In this document: one piece after another, positions 27,061 to 33,165 of the stretch
Layout of the letters: each line of letters opens with the position of its first letter
Position numbering within the stretch: position 1 is the stretch's first letter
Source: Kiritimatiellia bacterium
Lineage (GTDB): Bacteria; Verrucomicrobiota; Kiritimatiellia; RFP12; JBMNHG01
NCBI GenBank assembly: GCA_050950285.1
Contig: JBMNHG010000007.1
Coordinates: forward strand, 1 to 33,165
Direction of reading: 5' to 3'
DNA: 33,165 bases
Position numbers and translations under genes: made by a program
The notes under the pieces: generated by a model
What the model was told of the DNA's origin: nothing
Database searches by the model: none
Seen by the model: only the letters and a program-made list of their open reading frames with translations

Positions 27061-27924
27061 TCAGGAGGCCCGCACGACCCAGTCGGAGGGCGGGATGGCC
27101 TCCAGGAGCGGGGGGAGGAGGGAGTCGGGCACGTCGAGGTTCCCGAAGCCGCGGCCGATGGCGATGTCGGGCGTGGACGCCCCATGGTAGTCGGAGCCGC
27201 CCGTCACGAGCAGCCCGTGCTGCCGGGCAAGGCGGAGCGCCGTCACCAGCATCTCCGCCCCATGGGTCGTGTAGTAGGCCTCGATTCCCGAAAGCCCCAG
27301 CTCCTTCAGCGTTCCGATGGCGGCGTCGAGGCGCCGGGGATCCTCCGACCAGAGGAAGGGGTGGGCCCACACGGCGACGCCGCCCGCCGCCCGGATCAGG
27401 CGGATGCTCTCGCCCGGCGGCAGGCGCACGCGATCGGAGTAGGCGGCGCAGCCGGCGCCGAGATAGCGGTCGAAGGCCTCCTGGATGGAGGCGACGTAGC
27501 CGCGCGCGACCATCGCCCGGGCAATGTGCGGACGCCCGACCACGCTGCTCCCGGCGAAGGCGGCAACCTCCTCCGGATCGAGGGGGAGCCCCAAGGCGGC
27601 GAGATTCGCGAGGATGCGCCGGTTGCGGTCGTCGCGGCCGCCAAGCACCGTGCCGAACTGCGTGACGAGCTCCGGGAAGGTCGGATCCACCCCGTAGCCG
27701 AGGATGTGGATCGTAGCATCCTCGAACTGGGCGCTCACTTCCACGCCGGAAAAGCCGGTCAGCCCAAGCGAGCGGCATGCCGCGAGGAAGCGCTCGACGC
27801 CTCCGAGGTTGTCGTGGTCGGTGACCGCCGCGGCGCCCAGGCCGAGGGCATGGGCTTTCGCGGCGATTTCCTCCGGCGTGTCGCTGCCGTCCGATGCGGT
27901 GGAATGGATATGGAGGTCGATCAT
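27061..27924 (-). CDS. PHP domain phosphoesterase (TrpH/YciV-like)
   Basis: DLHIHSTASDG, TDHD, GRPHIA, AHP, GGSDYHG. Confidence 0.92.
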   Translation of the reverse strand: MIDLHIHSTASDGSDTPEEIAAKAHALGLGAAAVTDHDNLGGVERFLAACRSLGLTGFSGVEVSAQFEDATIHILGYGVDPTFPELVTQFGTVLGGRDDRNRRILANLAALGLPLDPEEVAAFAGSSVVGRPHIARAMVARGYVASIQEAFDRYLGAGCAAYSDRVRLPPGESIRLIRAAGGVAVWAHPFLWSEDPRRLDAAIGTLKELGLSGIEAYYTTHGAEMLVTALRLARQHGLLVTGGSDYHGASTPDIAIGRGFGNLDVPDSLLPPLLEAIPPSDWVVRAS

Positions 27925-27972
27925 GGCGGGTACGAAGGCGGAATCCGCGCGAGCGCGGCCCGGGGAACGCGA

Positions 27973-28662
27973 TCAGTCCAGGATTTCGGGATAGGCGCTC
28001 CGGATCGCGCCGGGGCATTGGGCGCCGAAGAAACCGGCGATCGCGGCGTCGTAGGCCGCCGTGTGGGCGAAGGCCTTCTTCATCAGGCCGAAACGGGTTT
28101 CGAGGCCGAGGGCGCCATGCTTCTCCGCCATCTCGGCGAGGAGGGAGGGGTAGTCGTCCGGATCGGTGACCGACGCCACGCGCAGGTAGTTCTTGGCGGA
28201 GGCGCGCACCATGCAGGGCCCGCCGATGTCGATGTTCGCACGGGCCATTTCGGGGGTGACGCCCGGCTTCGCCACGGTCTGCCGGAAGGGATAGAGGTTC
28301 ACCACCACCATGTCGATGGCCACGCCGTGCACGCGGGCCAGGTCGTCCTGGTGGGCGGGGTTGTAGGTTTCCGAGAGCAGGCCGAGGTAGATTTTGAAGT
28401 CGAGCGTCTTCACGAGGCCGCCCTGCATTTCGGGCTGTCCGGTGTAGTCGGAGACGGCCACGAGGTTCCTCGCGGCGAGGTCGTCGCCGAGGATCGCCCG
28501 GATGGCGGCGTAGGTTCCGCCGGTGGAGAGGATCCGCACGCCGGGGACCTGCTTCACGAGGGCGGGGATGAAGGTGTCGAGGCCGCGTTTGTCGGAGACG
28601 CTGCAGAGCACGTTGCGGATGGCGACACGGTCGTCGATCCGGGTCACGATGTTGAGGGCCAT
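27973..28662 (-). CDS. Standalone IMP cyclohydrolase (PurH N-terminal MGS-like domain)
   Basis: SVSDK, STGGT, GLVKTL, VVNLYPF, IDIGGP, RASAKN, AFAHTAAYDAAI; ends before the transformylase domain; AAGGAG RBS. Confidence 0.85.
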   Translation of the reverse strand: MALNIVTRIDDRVAIRNVLCSVSDKRGLDTFIPALVKQVPGVRILSTGGTYAAIRAILGDDLAARNLVAVSDYTGQPEMQGGLVKTLDFKIYLGLLSETYNPAHQDDLARVHGVAIDMVVVNLYPFRQTVAKPGVTPEMARANIDIGGPCMVRASAKNYLRVASVTDPDDYPSLLAEMAEKHGALGLETRFGLMKKAFAHTAAYDAAIAGFFGAQCPGAIRSAYPEILD

Positions 28663-28705
28663 GGTTCTCCTTGGGGATCGGGGAGGGGAGGGGGAAGCAT
28701 CCGGA

Positions 28706-29716
28706 TCACGCCAGGCGGACCACGGGCTTGGCGACTTCGCGGGTCTTGAGGTTTTCGAAGGCGGCATGGATGTCGTCGAGGTCGAAGAGGTGGTCGCGGT
28801 CGATCCAGGCGGCGGGATTGAGGCGTCCGGCACGGTAGTGCAGAAGCGCGGCGTCGTGGGTTTCGGCCTCGTCGTAGCCGCCGGCGTAGCAGGTGAAGGT
28901 CTTGGACGGCGTGAGGCGCAGGTCGTAGAACTCGTCCATCCCGTAGGTGCCGATGGTGCCGCCCGGGCGGAGGCAGTCGAGGCCCTGGAGGGTCATCGCG
29001 GCCTTCCCGACGGCGTCGATCACGAAGTCGTAGCCGTCCGGGACGATTTCCATCGCCTTCTTCCAGCAGTCGGGGTCGCGGTAGTCGAGGCAGTCCGTGG
29101 CGCCGGCGAGCCGTCCTTGGGGGGCGCGGCCCGCGGCGCCGACCATCGTGACGCGGCTTGCGCCGAGGTTGCGGCAGTGGGCGACGAAGGAAAGGCCGTT
29201 GCCGCCGGAGCCGATCACGAGCGCCTTCGCGCCCGGACGAAGGCCCATGCGGGTGGTGTAGCTGAGCGTCTCGCGCCAGGTGATGAACATCGTGCCCACG
29301 AAGGGATCGATGTCGGCCGGAAGCACCTGCTGCACGGTGGAGTCTTTCCAGCCGTCCACGCCATCCTCCTGCATGGCGCGCCAGTCCTTGGCGACGCCCA
29401 TCGTGGCGAATCCGCCCCAGCCGATGTTCACGCCGCCCGAGGGAGGCGTGCCCACGCGGGTGACGAGGTCGCCCGGACGGAGGTTGCGGACCTTCGCGCC
29501 GACTTCGACGACGCGCCCGATGCTTTCGTGGCCGAGCACGAAGGGGAGTGTCACCCACTCGCAGTAGGGGCGGTCCTGGCGGATGAGGTGCACGTCCGTG
29601 CCCGCGCAGAGGGCTCCGTAGAGGAGATCGCAACGGGCATCGTAGTCTCCGATCACGGGATCGGGCAGTTCGCGCACCACCAGTTGGTTTTTCGCTTCGA
29701 CGACGGCAGCTTTCAT
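28706..29716 (-). CDS. Zinc-binding (MDR superfamily) dehydrogenase
   Basis: LCAGTD, LGHESIG, GSGGNG Rossmann motif; lacks structural-Zn Cys lobe. Confidence 0.88.
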   Translation of the reverse strand: MKAAVVEAKNQLVVRELPDPVIGDYDARCDLLYGALCAGTDVHLIRQDRPYCEWVTLPFVLGHESIGRVVEVGAKVRNLRPGDLVTRVGTPPSGGVNIGWGGFATMGVAKDWRAMQEDGVDGWKDSTVQQVLPADIDPFVGTMFITWRETLSYTTRMGLRPGAKALVIGSGGNGLSFVAHCRNLGASRVTMVGAAGRAPQGRLAGATDCLDYRDPDCWKKAMEIVPDGYDFVIDAVGKAAMTLQGLDCLRPGGTIGTYGMDEFYDLRLTPSKTFTCYAGGYDEAETHDAALLHYRAGRLNPAAWIDRDHLFDLDDIHAAFENLKTREVAKPVVRLA

Positions 29717-29934
29717 GGGGAAATGTCCTTTCGACGGGGGATTCGATGACGAAAAGGTATCAGGAAGCGCCGGATCAAGCAAGGCGGAGTCAAAGCCGCC
29801 AGACGTTGCCTCACAAGTCATGACACCGGAACTGAGGTGATGGAGACGTCAAAGGCGGGGGAAGAAGCCTCTGCCGAACAAGGGAACGCCCATCTCGGTC
29901 GCGGTGTTCCAACTACGGCACTCGGCATGATGGC

Positions 29935-30360
29935 TACATTGAGGACGGCCAGCAACCCCCCAACGCCACCCGCACCTTGCAGCGTACCGGAGAGGTCGCG
30001 CCCCAGACGTAGTGGTTGGTGGTAGATGACTGGCGGTGATTGTCTCGGCAACGAGATTCCATCCGTCGTAGATGTAGGTATGCGTCGCCTCGGGGGTGAA
30101 TTTCAACACCCTTCTGCTCATGTGGTCGTAGGCGTTGGAAACAACGCACAGACCGTTGGAATAGGCGGCGACGAGGCGGTTCTCGGCGTCATACGCATAG
30201 CTGAAACGCCCGTCCCACGTCATATTTCCGTCGAGATCGTATGCGGGAGAAATTTGGACAGGATTGACAGGATTGACATGATTGGAAATCAGGAAATACT
30301 GGTTCAGTTCGTTGGCGGTGTAGATGTTCGTGACGGCGTTAAGCGAGGTCCACAGCGCGT
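29935..30360 (-). pseudogene. Rhs/YD-repeat gene 3' exon, frameshifted and truncated
   Basis: ANELNQY, YDLDGNM, YDAENRL, YDHMSRR, YIYDGWN; then NHYVWG and DLSGTLQGAGGVGGLLA fall in two further frames; no recognisable core terminus or toxin. Confidence 0.8.
30257..30283. repeat. 9-bp tandem repeat x3
   Basis: GACAGGATT GACAGGATT GACATGATT, encodes NHVNPVNPV in the Rhs frame. Confidence 0.8.
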
Positions 30361-32293
30361 ATCGCGGTAGGGACGCCCGTTGCCGGGCGCCCCCCGCACG
30401 GATCCCGGCGTGCGGAATTCCCGCACCGGGCTCTTCGGGACTGCTCGCTTTGCACTCGGTCTTCAACGCGCCCCCATGAAGGAAAACAGCATCTGCCCGC
30501 TCTCGGTGATCCGCGGTCCCGGCACCCCGTGGCGCTTGAGGATCGCATTGAGACGGACCCAGGTCAAGCCCCGCTTCTGGCTTCTGCGGTTGAGCCACTT
30601 GTAGAGCCCAGCCACCACCTGCCTCCAGAACTTGCACAGGCTGCGCCCGTTGCCCGTCACGCCGTAGTACTGCCAGTACCCCGCGAGCTTGCGCCCCAGC
30701 CGTTCCATGAGAACGGGCAGGCGTTCGCCCCGGTTGGCCTTGATCCACTCGGCGAAGCGTTCCACCGACCGCCGGAGACGGCTCGGAGCCGTCCGGCGCT
30801 GCACCTTCCAGCGTCCGTTTCGCGTACGCTCCCAGTGGTACTGGAACCCCAGGAAGTCGAAGCCGCCGTTGTCGCCCGACGGGTTGCCCCGCTCGAAGCG
30901 CACCAGCCGCGTCTTCTCCCCCGACAGCTCCAGGCCGAACTTGCCCAGTCGCCCGGGCAGTTCCCCAAGGAAGCGTTCCGCGTCCTCGCGCCGCTCGAAG
31001 GCGACCACGAAGTCGTCGGCGTAGCGCAGCATCACGCATCGGCCCGGCGTCGTCCTCCTGACCACGCGGTCGAACCAGAGATCCAGCGCGTAGTGCAGGT
31101 AGACGTTCGCCAGCACCGGCGAGACCACCCCGCCTTGGGGCGTCCCCTCCGTCGGATGCAGCACCCGTCCGTCCGTTTCGAGCACCCCCGCCTTGAGCCA
31201 TTTGCGCACCAGCCGCAGAAACGGCTTGTCGTCGATGCGAAGCTCCAGCATCCTGAGCATCCAGTCGTGATCGACGTGCTCGAAGAAGCCCTTGATGTCC
31301 GCATCGACCACCCACGCATAGCTCCCCCCGCCGAGCCTCGCCGCCCATTCGCGGCTGGCCTCGCGGGCGTCGCCGCCGGGACGGTAGCCCCGGCTCGCCG
31401 GCAGGAAGTCCTCTTCGTAGATCGCCGTGAGCACCTTCGCCACGGCCATTTGCAGCAGTTTGTCCTCCAGCACAGGGATTCCGAGGGGACGCAGTTTCCC
31501 GCCCCCCTTTGGGATGTTCACCCTGCGCACCAGTCGGGCGTGGTACCGCTTGTGCTTGAGCCGCTCGACCAGCGCCGCGAGGTTGGCGTCCAGGTCGCGC
31601 TCGTAGTCGTCGAACGTCACCCGGTCAACCCCCGGCGCGGCGTCCCTGCGCAACGCCCGAAAGCATTCGCGCAGGTTCGCCTCGTCCAGCAGCCTGTACA
31701 CGTCGCGGAATCGCGCCTTCGGGTCGCGTCGCGCCCGATCCGCTATTCCCCGCAGTGAGGTTTGCAGTGTTTGACAGCCTGTCGTGTCCGTCCTTGCCTG
31801 TTCCCTTTGCGGGCTTCGCAGCCCCGCCGCCCCCTTCCCCGTGTGATCGGCTCGCCCGTCTCGGAGTACTATGGGGCGGTCTGACTCCCGCCGCCGCGTC
31901 GCGCCGCCTTCCCCTTCGGCTCGGCGGTCGCTACCGCGCCCTCGCGGACGCGGACGGCGACGGGTCTCCCAAGTTCCCGTTCGCTTCTCTCTCCACATGC
32001 CGCGCGCCGTAGACCCCGGCGCAGTCACCGGACGCAAGCCAGTTGCGCGTTCTTGTTGCTGGCTTCCATGTAGGCAAACATGTCGCCCTGCGCATGATCA
32101 ATTAACGGGGCTGAACCGCTTCGGGAGGGTGCATCCTCCCTGCGGCCTGCGAAGTTCCCTGTGTACGCTTACACTACTTCATTCGGATTCGACTCCTCTT
32201 CCATAGTGCCAACACTCGGTACGAGTGGATGGCTGGTCCTTACTCGGCGGGGACTTCCACCCCGCAAGAAGCGCCGAGCTTCGCTTGGCGCAC
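30361..32293 (-). mobile_element. Group II intron (complete, 1933 nt)
   Basis: 5' GTGCG at 32293; domain V GAGCCCGGTGCGGGAATTCCGCACGCCGGGATC; domain VI ending CCCTACCGCGAT at 30361; RT ORF inside; exon joining restores the host frame. Confidence 0.95.
30463..31767 (-). CDS. ltrA: Group II intron reverse transcriptase/maturase (no endonuclease domain)
   Basis: APGVD, IPK...LRPLGIP, DADIKGFF, GTPQGG, RYADDF, FDFLGF, X domain; start uncertain (CTG 31767; frame open to 32037). Confidence 0.93.
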   Translation of the reverse strand: MQTSLRGIADRARRDPKARFRDVYRLLDEANLRECFRALRRDAAPGVDRVTFDDYERDLDANLAALVERLKHKRYHARLVRRVNIPKGGGKLRPLGIPVLEDKLLQMAVAKVLTAIYEEDFLPASRGYRPGGDAREASREWAARLGGGSYAWVVDADIKGFFEHVDHDWMLRMLELRIDDKPFLRLVRKWLKAGVLETDGRVLHPTEGTPQGGVVSPVLANVYLHYALDLWFDRVVRRTTPGRCVMLRYADDFVVAFERREDAERFLGELPGRLGKFGLELSGEKTRLVRFERGNPSGDNGGFDFLGFQYHWERTRNGRWKVQRRTAPSRLRRSVERFAEWIKANRGERLPVLMERLGRKLAGYWQYYGVTGNGRSLCKFWRQVVAGLYKWLNRRSQKRGLTWVRLNAILKRHGVPGPRITESGQMLFSFMGAR

Positions 32294-33165
32294 TGCCTAT
32301 GTTGTCGAAGGCGTAGCGGTTGGTGTGGGCGGGCTGGATGATGGCCGCCGTGACTTCGCTTCTGGCGTTGTAATCAAAGGTGTCGGCGTTTCGTGACGTG
32401 ACACGGTTAAGCAGGTCGTAGGTGTAGGCCAGCGGATTGTACGGCACGCCGCTGACGCTGTTGGTGATGGCTTTTACCAGACTGCGGCGGTAGGGGTCGC
32501 GGGTCAGGTTGCGGGCAAGTACGACGCCATTCGTCAAGGCCACCGAATAGCCCGCATCCCAACCGTCGGAGGTGTAGGCGTAGGTGGCGCGGAAGGCGGT
32601 GTTGGAGACGGCGGAGTGCCGGTTCTCGGAGTCGTAGCCGTATTGAACGGGTGGCGCATCCTCGACGCGCAACGCCGCCAGGCGGTGGCGGTGGTCCAGG
32701 GTGCGGGCCAGGGTCGCGGTGTCGCCGCCAACCATGGCCGTCTCGTTGGTGGCGGTGCCGAGGTGGCTGTTCTGGTAGGCGTATCGCGCGACGGCGTTGG
32801 AGGCAAAGGCGGGGCGCTGGAAGGCATCGTACCCGAGCGCGGCGGCAGGCGTGGCGTCGGAGTACGAGACGCCTGTCAACAGCCCGTCGGGGTTGTAGGC
32901 GTTCTCCTTCCACGCTCCGCGAGCCCATGCCGTGCGGAGCGGCTTGCCGTCGGGGGTGTGCGTATAGGACACTGCGGAGCCGTCGGCGTAGACCTTGTTG
33001 GTGGCAAGTCCGGTGGCGTGGTCGTAGTTCCAGGCGGTGAGATCGAGGGACGCAGGGGACGCAAGGGATGCGAGGGACGCGCCTCCGGCAAGCTGGACGG
33101 CGAGGGCGGCGAAGCCGACGGCGTTGCCTCGGGTGGTGGCGAGGGCGGCCATGCGGCCGGCGGTG
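32294..33165 (-). CDS. Rhs/YD-repeat protein 5' exon (begins outside window)
   Basis: YDHATGL...KVYADG, YDAFQR, YGYDSENR, RDPYRR, YTYDLLNRVT, YNARSEV, YAFDNIG repeats; frame open to window end. Confidence 0.9.
33045..33080. repeat. 9-bp tandem repeat x4
   Basis: GAGGGACGC AGGGGACGC AAGGGATGC GAGGGACGC, encodes ASL ASL ASP ASL. Confidence 0.75.

Noticed and set aside
11245..28749. Very long alternative ORFs (e.g. 11245-14007, 12108-14426, 15749-18367, 22104-25646, 25825-28749)
   Set aside because: Antisense or off-frame shadows of motif-supported genes in very high-GC DNA; R/P/G/A-rich or typical antisense composition.
29849..31348. 499-aa ORF and the C-terminus of the 32169-33152 ORF as real proteins
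   Set aside because: Both are read-through chimeras across intron/exon boundaries.
30463..32037. RT as part of a DGR, retron or RT-defence system
   Set aside because: Group II termini, domains V/VI, EBS1-IBS1 pairing and maturase X domain are present; no TR/VR pair was noticed.
1..33165. CRISPR array
   Set aside because: No regularly spaced repeat-spacer series or cas genes seen by eye.

Overview
High-GC bacterial window. The lpxK loop style and Rhs motif suggest a PVC-superphylum host such as Kiritimatiellae or Lentisphaerae (inference only). It has three parts. (1) 1-~11190 is the right end of an integrated phage-like element abutting the 3' end of tRNA-Asn(GTT). It carries virion-like ORFs, a GT-A glycosyltransferase, a frameshifted Cys-rich HhH-GPD-like gene and a DUF2924/large serine recombinase module. 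It also carries a complete nitrosative/redox-stress operon (ArsR-DsrE-CMD-hcp-fprA-cupin) bracketed by a 44-bp imperfect direct repeat, with a related palindrome next to the tRNA. (2) 11191-29716 is chromosomal backbone: tRNA-Asn, GT2-GtrA, ClC, FtsW/RodA, GT-C, queuosine precursor transporter, thioredoxin-like, standalone GMP synthase B subunit, tRNA-Phe, vsr, lpxK, a large propeller-SGNH protein, proA, PHP, standalone IMP cyclohydrolase domain and an MDR dehydrogenase. (3) 29935-33165 is an Rhs/YD-repeat gene on the minus strand interrupted by a complete group II intron (30361-32293). The intron's EBS1 perfectly matches the Rhs target, and removing it restores the Rhs frame (YAFDNIG|NALW). 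The Rhs 3' exon is decayed. All family calls are from motif recognition; no searches were run.
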